Below are positions 20,901-28,297 of a DNA stretch of 64,000 nt, piece after piece (positions within the stretch are counted from its first letter, which is position 1; each line of letters opens with the position of its first letter). The position numbers were made by a program, and so were the translations under genes. The notes beneath the pieces are model-generated. The model did no database searches. It saw nothing but the letters and a program-made list of their open reading frames with translations, and was not told the origin of the DNA. The DNA comes from Deltaproteobacteria bacterium (GTDB lineage: Bacteria; Bdellovibrionota_B; Oligoflexia; Oligoflexales; CAIYRB01), in contig VGTI01000002.1 in NCBI GenBank assembly GCA_016874735.1, forward strand, positions 9,501-73,500, in the 5' to 3' direction.

Positions 20901-20969
20901 TCGAAGCTGCGCCGCAGGACCAGCTGTCGCTGCTATCAGAAGTAGAAATTTCAGAAGCAATAGTCTCAA
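17952..20969 (-). CDS. 36-heme c-type cytochrome (c3/c7-like multiheme polymer), secreted
   Basis: I counted 36 CxxCH motifs in 1005 aa. Sec signal MRLLLLKFLLLIAATAGPAAQLRA. The apparent TTG start overlaps the upstream stop (TTGA). His-rich spacers are typical of bis-His hemes. Confidence 0.9.
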   Translation of the reverse strand: MRLLLLKFLLLIAATAGPAAQLRAADTSGEGLINSLLAPGPLMEGHKEWEHGGCLKCHDAGKGVPDSKCLDCHKEIKKSIDRKTGFHALAKGTCVSCHSDHKGRNYNAVAFKQKGFDHRRTGFPLNGGHAGVDCVKCHTEKRTEKPVFRNDTRFFGTDSSCVSCHKKDDIHSFPPKWAVKDCNTCHNDKSWKQATYFDHKKETGYALIGAHSKVSCAECHNPKGKGGPAKYDFPELSRLGCRTCHADFHKDNLAGKFRGGACESCHNQDRWQITHFNHDITGFVLKGAHAKEPCQACHKQSGGATKLKDFNFTGLSQQCSSCHQDYHGFRSESSPKLGQLTQCQTCHNDVAWKSAVKFNHNVDTTYPLTGKHIGVACFECHKPLAGGAVPNTPRDYQFPEMVTKTCETCHKSPHDPAENPVFKTSKCTACHNTNDWKSLNQKQGDGFNHNTMTRFPLTGSHVPVRCNDCHLRDGKQVYRFPTEKVQFCVECHKYPHKDQFKPKYQQQSCAECHNSNKFKDIFDYNHDKTDYKLVDSHQKIARQCVKCHIPTNKMLPVKPPHPAGKYIFGHEREGYCIECHKNVHKGQFDESTDNDTCGRCHNAKKFDDLSPFNHSITKFKINGAHTKIKNDCVECHYKTKKMLPTKPPKPAGKYMFDHEETGFCESCHANVHKDQFSSKFANKACRECHTTEDFAKRLPFNHSLTDFQIIGAHVAIKEDCAQCHTKTNKFLPTKPPKPASLYQMGHQSTGFCEVCHANPHRDQFHQKFSQEPCRACHSQVHFYSQIKFDHNKSRYPLKGKHTSVKCAECHKPTTKKFPEPSKHKKGQFIFTDLTTKDCALCHEDPHKGRFGKQCSQCHVATGWEKTGDFHKDFVLSGTHYLLECSECHKDGRKLTGIGGDCKVCHQKDDAHLGMLPACGECHSQHFWNVNRYRHSMTSFPLRGAHRLVACTECHANNVYLGKSTDCASCHLQDALRVVFPDHKLPGFERCESCHNEFSFSGGRSR
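18654..19445 (-). repeat. three tandem 88-aa (264-nt) triheme coding modules inside the 36-heme cytochrome gene
   Basis: Residues 509-596, 597-684 and 685-772 align colinearly: C..CH-N..KF.D..-FNH....F...GAH..I...C..CH.KT.K.LPTKPPKPAGKY.F.HE..G.C..CH.N.H..QF. A more diverged fourth copy follows at residues 773-853. Confidence 0.8.
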
Positions 20970-22387
20970 AGGATACGCTCTAGCTTGGGTGTTTCATCGC
21001 GGATAGGGGTTGCCTGCCTGGTGTTTATTCTATAACCAATCGACAAAAGTGCGCTATATACCGACGCCTGTTCATCCTGCGCCGCCTCTAAGACGACACT
21101 GCCGATCAGATCCCGTGTCAGTAGCATGCTCATATCTGTATCAACGACTAAGGGGTGCAATGAGCTACGTCTGTCGATACTCTGCGCTGTATACTGGATT
21201 GAAGCCGAGACTGAACTTTCCCGCCAATAATACGTAGCGCCGCTGCGAAGTATTGAATCCTGGCTGAGAAAATTGCGCTTGAAACCAGCCCCAGCAAATG
21301 CCGTCAAGTGACTATTCAATAGCCCTGTGGTCACGATGCGCCCACCTAGGCCGTACTGATTCTTTCCGTCGACATCACGACGTCCGTACGAAGTATCACC
21401 CACAATAGCAAACTGATTAGAAAGCTTGTAGCGCAGGTCACCCCCTAATTGACTGTATCCACTGATAGGTAACCGGTCTAGAAGATCTCGAAACTGCTGA
21501 TAGCTCCGCAGATCCAGGTGAAACAAATTGGCCGAGCCAGATAGACGGGATGTCCAAGGCTGATAAAGTGAGGCCCAGAGATTCCGCACCTGTACTGAGG
21601 GCTGAACTATGATGTGCGATATGTAGGTTAGACGTTGCCCACTTGCTCTTTGACGGAATGCATTTGCATACCAAAACATGTAGTTACTGGCGGCATCCGC
21701 TTCTGTGGGGGCAGTTTCGTTACCAACCAGAATGCTGCCACCACGCCGTACTGCAGGATTATCAAAGGATCCAACCCCTTCCAGCGATTTGCGGCCAACC
21801 AAACTAGTCGACGCATAGGTGTTACTTTCACCACTCTTGGAGCTTTCCTCGTATACCGCATAGCCACCTATCTGCCGCTCTTCGAGACCGATTTTAAGAG
21901 ACCTTCCACCTCGATGCTCTGGATAGAGACCACCAAACAGCGCCAAACGTGTTGACTGATTAAGTCGCAAACCGGCCTCAGCCCCGTCATTCCCCAGTAC
22001 CACAGCATCGGCAGCAACAAAGCGTCCAATAGACCAGAAAACACCGGTTCTCGTCGCAGGGGACCGAAGAACCAATTGTCTAAGCTGCACATCATTACTG
22101 GCGGCCATTCGTCCTAATGCGGGTTCGATACGACCAAAGGGATCATACTGGTTCCGCAGATCTACTGTAAATTCGAGCCCACTACCCGTGAGGTTAGTCA
22201 CATCGACATAAGCGCGTCCTATACCCAGAAACCGGTCGTTTGCCACGGGAGCAATGCCGGTATTCTTTAAATCCTCTTTTATCGAGTATAAGCCGAGATT
22301 GAAGCGCGCAGAGTAATCATAAGCAGTAGCTACCGGTGCTGCCAGCATCGACAAAATTATCAGAATATTTCGCAGCCATCGTTTCAT
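20966..22387 (-). CDS. putative outer-membrane beta-barrel (porin-like) protein
   Basis: Signal peptide MKRWLRNILIILSMLAAPVATA. It has no Cys and no hydrophobic helices. Short alternating-polarity segments rich in Gly/Tyr/Arg/Ser run throughout. It sits between two cytochrome genes and overlaps the downstream gene by 4 nt. Confidence 0.6.
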   Translation of the reverse strand: MKRWLRNILIILSMLAAPVATAYDYSARFNLGLYSIKEDLKNTGIAPVANDRFLGIGRAYVDVTNLTGSGLEFTVDLRNQYDPFGRIEPALGRMAASNDVQLRQLVLRSPATRTGVFWSIGRFVAADAVVLGNDGAEAGLRLNQSTRLALFGGLYPEHRGGRSLKIGLEERQIGGYAVYEESSKSGESNTYASTSLVGRKSLEGVGSFDNPAVRRGGSILVGNETAPTEADAASNYMFWYANAFRQRASGQRLTYISHIIVQPSVQVRNLWASLYQPWTSRLSGSANLFHLDLRSYQQFRDLLDRLPISGYSQLGGDLRYKLSNQFAIVGDTSYGRRDVDGKNQYGLGGRIVTTGLLNSHLTAFAGAGFKRNFLSQDSILRSGATYYWRESSVSASIQYTAQSIDRRSSLHPLVVDTDMSMLLTRDLIGSVVLEAAQDEQASVYSALLSIGYRINTRQATPIRDETPKLERIL

Positions 22388-22430
22388 TTGTTACTTTTGA
22401 AGCTCGAGCTCAAGAGATCAGTGGGAAGCA

Positions 22431-22823
22431 TTACTCAGCCGTCCCCAGTTTTGAGAAACTTTTGGTGTTATGACAACCAACGCAATCTACCTTTTGTGGA
22501 TGAGGTTCTGCTGGTCGTCTATAGGCGTGACATTTATTACATGACGATGGTTTAGGATCATGGTCGTAGCTATTGACCGGCACCCAACCCGACCGATCAT
22601 CTTTTGGTACATGACACTCCTGACACTCACCTCCACCGCCATGAACCTCGTCATCAATTGGAGCCGGTCGCTGGGAAATATGACAGGTAGAACATGTGTT
22701 ATCGGCGAGAAACGCACCGTGCTCGAATGATGGTCTCACCGCTTGTTGATCACCAATAGTCGGAGTTCTCGGAACACACCCAAAAGCAAAAAAATACGTA
22801 AGAAACGGCAAAAGCTGCTTCAT
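22431..22823 (-). CDS. small tetraheme c-type cytochrome, possible lipoprotein
   Basis: Four CxxCH motifs (CSTCH, CQECH, CNKCH, CVGCH) in 130 aa. The signal ends ...FFAFGC, which is lipobox-like. ATGA overlap with the upstream gene. Confidence 0.85.
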   Translation of the reverse strand: MKQLLPFLTYFFAFGCVPRTPTIGDQQAVRPSFEHGAFLADNTCSTCHISQRPAPIDDEVHGGGGECQECHVPKDDRSGWVPVNSYDHDPKPSSCNKCHAYRRPAEPHPQKVDCVGCHNTKSFSKLGTAE

Positions 22824-24172
22824 GTCTTTCTCAACCTCTCACCGAATTTTTTATCCATCTTCACGCCAAGAGATGCGAGAAATTCCTTAGGAACTTCACT
22901 TCCGGCGAAGATAAATACGAAAGAATTATTCATTTTTATCGGACTGCCGCCATGATTGACTATGATGTGACTTTGATGAATGGACTTTACTTGACTCTCG
23001 AAAATCACCCAGATCTGACCATGGAGTGCTAGCGCGTTTACGTTGTCAATGTTTTCCTGATTTGCCCTGTTGAACTGACGCGATCTGACAATCAGCGACA
23101 CACGATTGCGTAGCCTTGGCTGTGCTAGTTGAACCGCTGCCTCCAATGCGGCATTACCACCACCGATGACCGCAATATCTTGTTTCTGGTACTGCTCTGG
23201 TTCCAAAAGGTTGTAGGTGACCTTCGGTAAATTCTCGCCCGGAACGTTCAGTCTCCTCGGTGTACCTCGGACACCTGTGGCAAGAATGACCTTTTTTGCC
23301 GTCAATGACCCTAGAGATGTCTTGACCTGGAAGATCTCTCCATATTTCGAAAAACCCTCGAATTTACACCCCTCTTTGATCCTTAGTGAGTACCGTCTCC
23401 GGAGGTGCGTCCAGTATTGCAATAGCTCCTCTTTGGAGACTTTATTGTTGGGAAATTCCATAGTGCCCACCAAGGGTAGGTCTGCGGGTTGCGTCATCAC
23501 GATTTTTTGACGAGGAAAGTTATATATCGTTCCACCTACACTATTTTGTTCAATACATAGGTAATTGGCCCGAGCCTGAGTCGCAGCCAGTGATGCCGCT
23601 AATCCAGCGGTGCCAGCGCCCACGATCACGAGATCAAAATCAGCTCGCGCGTTTCCCGGCAGTTTTGCCAGTGCATGCATGGCGGCGGTGCGTCCTTGTC
23701 TAACGGCATTTCTAATTAGACCCATACCCCCCAGCTCGCCGGCGATATAGACGCCCTTAACATTGGTCTCGTAGTTGCTCGTAATGCGCGGCAGATCCAT
23801 ACCGCGACGCTTGGTGCCAAAAACTAAATCGATGGCCCCAAAGGGACAGGCGATTTCGCACTCACCGTGCCCCACACACATGTTGGGCTGCACCAAGACT
23901 GCTTTGTGATTAATGACCTTAAGTATTTCGCCTTCAGGGCAGGCCTTCACACACGCTGTACATCCCGTGCACCGGGTCGCATCGATTTCCGGATGTAATG
24001 TGGTTGGTTCAATGAGATCATTTTCCACGCTTGATTTGTAGGCTTCGGCTCCGTCTGCGTACAGTTTGCGCCGTCGTCTGATACTGACGAATGCGACACC
24101 AGCGAGCAACAGCAGACCAAGCGGCGTAAGCAACTTAGCGCCGATAACTGAAATTGTATTCCATGTGCTCAT
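22820..24172 (-). CDS. membrane-anchored NAD(P)/FAD-dependent oxidoreductase with a 2x[4Fe-4S] ferredoxin domain
   Basis: The N-terminal TM segment is followed by RRRRK, which places the catalytic part in the cytoplasm. Ferredoxin motifs CTGCTACVKACP and CVGHGECEIACP. Dinucleotide folds VIVGAGTAGLAAS and IAVIGGGNAALEAA. TrxR/YpdA-like overall. Confidence 0.8.
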   Translation of the reverse strand: MSTWNTISVIGAKLLTPLGLLLLAGVAFVSIRRRRKLYADGAEAYKSSVENDLIEPTTLHPEIDATRCTGCTACVKACPEGEILKVINHKAVLVQPNMCVGHGECEIACPFGAIDLVFGTKRRGMDLPRITSNYETNVKGVYIAGELGGMGLIRNAVRQGRTAAMHALAKLPGNARADFDLVIVGAGTAGLAASLAATQARANYLCIEQNSVGGTIYNFPRQKIVMTQPADLPLVGTMEFPNNKVSKEELLQYWTHLRRRYSLRIKEGCKFEGFSKYGEIFQVKTSLGSLTAKKVILATGVRGTPRRLNVPGENLPKVTYNLLEPEQYQKQDIAVIGGGNAALEAAVQLAQPRLRNRVSLIVRSRQFNRANQENIDNVNALALHGQIWVIFESQVKSIHQSHIIVNHGGSPIKMNNSFVFIFAGSEVPKEFLASLGVKMDKKFGERLRKT

Positions 24173-24243
24173 GTAATGAAGGTCCTAGATCGACCACGGC
24201 AGGCAGGGCGCAGCACTTCTTATTATACTGTATGATCTGGAAC

Positions 24244-25029
24244 CTAGGTCTTATTCGGTGATTTTGATCTAAATTTTTGTCTTGCGAATTGCCTAAGCTC
24301 ATCGATGATCACGACTAAAAACGCGACATTAGATGCATAACGCCAGAATAGACGCCGCGGATCTTTCAGAATCCGGTATATCCATTCAAGCCCCCAATTC
24401 TGCATCCATTTTGGCGCTCTTTTTAGTCTTCCAGCAGCGAACTCAATAGCTGCACCGACCCCAAGAGCAACATCGACGTGAAGGTCCTTAGCATATTTTG
24501 CGATCCAAACTTCTTGCTTAGGACTACCTAAACCGACGAACAAAATATCCGGCTTCAGCGCATTAATTTCGGCGATTGCGCGTCCGTTTTCATCTAGATC
24601 ACTTTCAAATCCGTATGGTGGGGCATAGTAGCCGACCTTTAAAGCGGCGGCCCGTGAACGCAACTGATCGGCTGCTGCCTCCGCAGCCCCAGGTGGCCCC
24701 CCAAAAAGGAAAATGGAAAGATTGGCGCGAGCTGCAGCGACTGCAAGTGCGGGCAACAGATCGGCACCCGTGACGCGTTCGGGAAGCGGTTTACCTTGTA
24801 GGCGTGACAACCAAACTATAGGCATACCGTCGGCCAGTGAGAGCACGGCACCACGATATATTGCCGCCAGACTACTCGACCTGCGACACCTCAAGACGTG
24901 ATCGACATTTGGCGTCACGACAAGACGACAATCGCCCGCACCAATGACTGCAAGTTCAATAATTCTCTGTACAGCCTGATCCAGGTTCAGGGGATCAAAG
25001 GAGAGCGAGGCTAGGTTGACCCGCTGCAT
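24244..25029 (-). CDS. WecB/TagA/CpsF-family (GT26) glycosyltransferase
   Basis: The start is taken at MQRVNLASLSFDPL (ATG 25029). Family-like blocks: VVTPNVDHV, ADGMPIVW, LFGGPPGAAEAA, ILFVGLGSPKQE, IYRILKDPRRLFWRY. The upstream extension to 25224 would overlap the divergent gene. Confidence 0.75.
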   Translation of the reverse strand: MQRVNLASLSFDPLNLDQAVQRIIELAVIGAGDCRLVVTPNVDHVLRCRRSSSLAAIYRGAVLSLADGMPIVWLSRLQGKPLPERVTGADLLPALAVAAARANLSIFLFGGPPGAAEAAADQLRSRAAALKVGYYAPPYGFESDLDENGRAIAEINALKPDILFVGLGSPKQEVWIAKYAKDLHVDVALGVGAAIEFAAGRLKRAPKWMQNWGLEWIYRILKDPRRLFWRYASNVAFLVVIIDELRQFARQKFRSKSPNKT

Positions 25030-25062
25030 AAAATTGCCCCCAAAATAAAGTTTTGTTTTGCA

Positions 25063-25071
25063 TGATACAAT
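25063..25071 (+). promoter_or_regulatory. candidate extended -10 promoter element (TGATACAAT) for the GT4 gene
   Basis: TGnTACAAT lies in the divergent intergenic region. It is consistent with GTG 25109 (AGGA 8 nt upstream) being the real start. No good -35 element. Confidence 0.3.
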
Positions 25072-25108
25072 ATGGACACCATACTCGTTCCGCCTCAGGA
25101 TCCACCAC

Positions 25109-26296
25109 GTGGCCAATATCCTCATCATATCAGCTTTGCAAATTTTTCCCGTTGTTTCTGGTGGCCAGCAGCGGACAGCATCGATTGCACTCGAGCTTGC
25201 AAAAGCCGGCCACCATGTGCGCATTTATTCGCTAATTGGGCGCAAACGCGACATGCTAAGGTTTACGGGCGAAACCGAGGCAACCATCAGCGCCAACTTG
25301 TATGAATTTGTTTGCAGGCCTTTCACCTTGTGGGCGAAGGCTATGGTTGCCTATAAGCTTGGTCTCCCACCCCTATGGGCAAAGGAGCTTATCGAGCAAC
25401 CTGATACGACGCTCAATCTGTGGATTGCCCAATCAGAGATAATCATCCATGATTTCCCCTATACATTTGCCGCCCTACGCGCACACCGTAGACTGCAAAT
25501 CTTAAACAGCCACAATATCGAGCATCAGCTTTTTCGCACCAAAGATGGGAGGGATAGCAAACTCTCCGAAAGCGTCCGAAAACTTGAGTATACCGCTATC
25601 GCTGGTGTCGCCTTGGTGGCTTGTGCATCACTAGACGAAGTCACAGTATTTTCCGCAGCTTTTCCTAATAAAGAATTTATACATATTCCAAACAGCATCA
25701 AACCCAAAAATCAGAATCCCCCTCCCAAAAAGCAGACCAGTACTATGCGTCAGGATCTTGGAATTAATGATGATGCAACCGTTCTGATCTTCCCGGCAAG
25801 TCGTTATGGTCCCAACATCGAGGGAATGGATTTCCTAAGGAATTTCAGCATTAAGCACGAGTCTTTTCTACGAAAAGAGCGCATCATGATTCTAGTTGTA
25901 GGCAGTGTCGCAACGGGCCAGCACAGACTTGGGCAATTCTTAACCACAGGTCCGGTTTGTGACATAGAACCATATTTTCATGTTGCGGATTGGGGTATCA
26001 ATCCTATCTTCTATGGCTCCGGAACTAGCATTAAAGTTGCAGAATTTATCGATTTTGACTTACCCATACTGACTACCGAGGTTGGATCACGCGGATTTAC
26101 CTTCGTCGACCAAAGCACTGCCATTTTTTTTACAAAAGATAATCTTCTCGAAAAACTCACAATGTTACCAAAAGATCTGCATCTACTGAGGAAGATGCGT
26201 CAGGAGGCCCGCATGGCTAACGCGCACTTTCTCGATCCGACTGCAGCAGTGGCGCCGTTACTGAGAGCTATCAGTGGCTGGAACCCACTCTCATGA
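25109..26296 (+). CDS. GT4-family (GT-B) glycosyltransferase
   Basis: N-terminal ILIISALQIFPVVSGGQQRTASIALELAKAGHHVRIYS matches the GT4 N-terminal pattern. A C-terminal E-x7-E-like block is present (KVAEFIDFDLPILTTEVGSRG). The ORF opens at ATG 25058. GTG 25109 is preferred, but the start is uncertain. Confidence 0.7.
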   Translation: MANILIISALQIFPVVSGGQQRTASIALELAKAGHHVRIYSLIGRKRDMLRFTGETEATISANLYEFVCRPFTLWAKAMVAYKLGLPPLWAKELIEQPDTTLNLWIAQSEIIIHDFPYTFAALRAHRRLQILNSHNIEHQLFRTKDGRDSKLSESVRKLEYTAIAGVALVACASLDEVTVFSAAFPNKEFIHIPNSIKPKNQNPPPKKQTSTMRQDLGINDDATVLIFPASRYGPNIEGMDFLRNFSIKHESFLRKERIMILVVGSVATGQHRLGQFLTTGPVCDIEPYFHVADWGINPIFYGSGTSIKVAEFIDFDLPILTTEVGSRGFTFVDQSTAIFFTKDNLLEKLTMLPKDLHLLRKMRQEARMANAHFLDPTAAVAPLLRAISGWNPLS

Positions 26297-26409
26297 CACA
26301 TGATTTAAGGTCGTGCTAGTATTGAAGTATCTCTCACTAGTCCCGCGGATTACCCTCACATCTCATGCTACTAACAATCATAAAAAGACTAATTTCTCGC
26401 CTGGGTGTA

Positions 26410-26793
26410 ATGCCTGCCATCGGCAACGATCTGGTTTTCGTGCCGGATGTTGCCTCGTCTCACCATCAGTTTGGTGAACGGTATTTAAAATTTATTTTTA
26501 CTGACAACGAGATTCTCGACTGCATGCACAAGGATGGTAGTTATTCCTACACCAGCCTAGCCGCCCGCATTGCAGCCAAAGAATCTGTGATGAAGTTACT
26601 TAAACCGGCGCGGGATCAACTTCTACCTTGGCAATCGATAGAGGTCCGGCGCGACCCCACTGGTGCGGCCGATCTAATTTTGCATCGAGAAGCCAAGGCC
26701 ATGGCAGAGAAACAAAGTATTATCTCGCTTTCGCTCTCGCTTGCTCATGAACACCAATATGCCTCCGCGTTAGTATTAGCGACTCAAATCTGA
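26410..26793 (+). CDS. AcpS-type 4'-phosphopantetheinyl transferase
   Basis: MPAIGNDLVFVPDV (GxD), FTDNEILDC, ARIAAKESVMKLL and LSLSLAHEHQYASALVLA match holo-ACP-synthase blocks. The ORF opens at 26365 and the start is uncertain. Confidence 0.7.
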   Translation: MPAIGNDLVFVPDVASSHHQFGERYLKFIFTDNEILDCMHKDGSYSYTSLAARIAAKESVMKLLKPARDQLLPWQSIEVRRDPTGAADLILHREAKAMAEKQSIISLSLSLAHEHQYASALVLATQI

Positions 26794-26840
26794 TCATCGA
26801 TCTTAAGATTTATTTTTATCCAAGCGAGGAGTTTACTGCC

Positions 26841-27077
26841 ATGCAAGATAAGATTCGAAAGATTCTAAAGGATCATGGACGTCTCGCAGTTGATGCCAAT
26901 TCACTGGCTGAAACCACTGATCTTTACCAGTCGGGAATGACGTCACATGCCAGTGTTAACGTCATGCTAGCTCTCGAAGGAGAGTTTGATGTCGAATTTC
27001 CAGACCATATGTTAAAACGCAGTGTTTTTGAGAGTATTGCCTCTATTACGAGCGCGATTAATCAGATTAAGAACTGA
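26841..27077 (+). CDS. dedicated acyl/aminoacyl carrier protein (78 aa)
   Basis: Size, acidic helical character and the DLYQSGMTSHASVNVMLALEGEFDVEF block fit a carrier protein, with a Ser at the start of helix 2. GAGGAG RBS upstream. Confidence 0.8.
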   Translation: MQDKIRKILKDHGRLAVDANSLAETTDLYQSGMTSHASVNVMLALEGEFDVEFPDHMLKRSVFESIASITSAINQIKN

Positions 27078-27111
27078 CTCGCCAAAAACCTGCCAACCTG
27101 GAGACCTAACT

Positions 27112-28281
27112 TTGGTCTTACCCTCACATTCACCCTTGGTGGAACTTGCGCGTACTGTCGGTGCGGGTACGGCGGCGAATTTTGCTGATCAAGTTGACGC
27201 CGATGCTCGCTTTCCCCACGAAGCGGTCACGCAACTAAGAGCGCATCGCCTGCTCAGTTGCTATGTTCCCCAGAGTTTGGGTGGCCATGGGGCATCACTG
27301 AATGAGCTCGCATTTATGTGCGAGGAGCTAGGAAAACACTGCAGTGCCACGGCCATGGTTTTTGCCATGCATCAGATTCAAGTAGCTTGCTTGGTGCATC
27401 ATTGTCACGATGACAGACATCTCAAGGCATATCTCGCTCAACTCACACAAAATCAACACCTAATCGGGTCTGTAACGTCAGAGGTCGGAGTCGGTGGCGA
27501 TATGCGGTCGAGTGTTTGTGCCGTCGATGTAAATGGCGATGAATTCACCTTAAACAAGAACTCCACGACGTCATCCTACGGAGCTCAGGCCGACGACCTA
27601 CTAGTGACTGCAAGGACCTCTCCGACAGCTCCAAGTAGCGATCAATCGCTGGTGTTACTTGCCAAGGGGCAATTCACCATGGAACAAACTGGCAACTGGA
27701 ACCCCATGGGTATGCGCGGAACCGGGAGCGCGCCCTTTAAACTGACGGGCAAAGGGCTCACTTCTCAAATCATGAGCACCCCGTTCGCGACTATTTCTGC
27801 TCGTACCATGGTACCGGTCTCTCACCTATTGTGGGCCGCGACTTGGGTTGGTAACGCCGTTGCCTCAATGACGCGGGTCAAAAGCTTCATCAAACAGCAA
27901 GCTAGATCGAATCCGGGCAGCCTACCGCCTACGGCACTCCGCATGGCTGAATTGGCTCCGAGTATACAGCTCCTGCGAACCTCGTATCGTTATCTTCTTA
28001 CCGAATACGAGAGTATCAACGCAGATCCGACAAGATACGACGAGCTCTCAACCATCGGATATGCCGTTCGGATGAATAACCTTAAACTTTCTGGCTCACA
28101 ACTTATCGTCGATATTGCCAATAAGGCACTTCAAATTTGTGGTGTCGCTGGCTACAAAAACGACTCCAAATTCGCCATGGGACGCATCCTGAGAGACGCA
28201 CATGCTGCCGCTCTGATGGTCGGAAATGATCGCATACTTAACTCAAATGCCAACATGCTTATGATTCTCAAGGGTGATTGA
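27112..28281 (+). CDS. acyl-CoA-dehydrogenase-fold flavoprotein, probably acting on a carrier-protein thioester
   Basis: ACAD-like blocks: AMVFAMHQ, GSVTSEVGVGGDMRS, QICGVAGYKNDSKFAMGRILRDAHAAALMVGNDRI. TTG 27112 follows GGAGA by 8 nt. The longer ORF from 27022 would overlap the carrier-protein gene. Confidence 0.75.
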   Translation: MVLPSHSPLVELARTVGAGTAANFADQVDADARFPHEAVTQLRAHRLLSCYVPQSLGGHGASLNELAFMCEELGKHCSATAMVFAMHQIQVACLVHHCHDDRHLKAYLAQLTQNQHLIGSVTSEVGVGGDMRSSVCAVDVNGDEFTLNKNSTTSSYGAQADDLLVTARTSPTAPSSDQSLVLLAKGQFTMEQTGNWNPMGMRGTGSAPFKLTGKGLTSQIMSTPFATISARTMVPVSHLLWAATWVGNAVASMTRVKSFIKQQARSNPGSLPPTALRMAELAPSIQLLRTSYRYLLTEYESINADPTRYDELSTIGYAVRMNNLKLSGSQLIVDIANKALQICGVAGYKNDSKFAMGRILRDAHAAALMVGNDRILNSNANMLMILKGD

Positions 28282-28297
28282 TCAGGAGATACTTGCT

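Noticed and set aside
25030-25224. 65-aa N-terminal extension of the GT26 ORF
   Set aside because: It would overlap the divergent GT4 gene. The family-like sequence starts at MQRVNLASL (ATG 25029).
27022-27111. ATG at 27022 as the start of the ACAD-like gene
   Set aside because: It would overlap the last 56 nt of the carrier-protein gene in another frame. TTG 27112 has a GGAGA RBS and removes the overlap.
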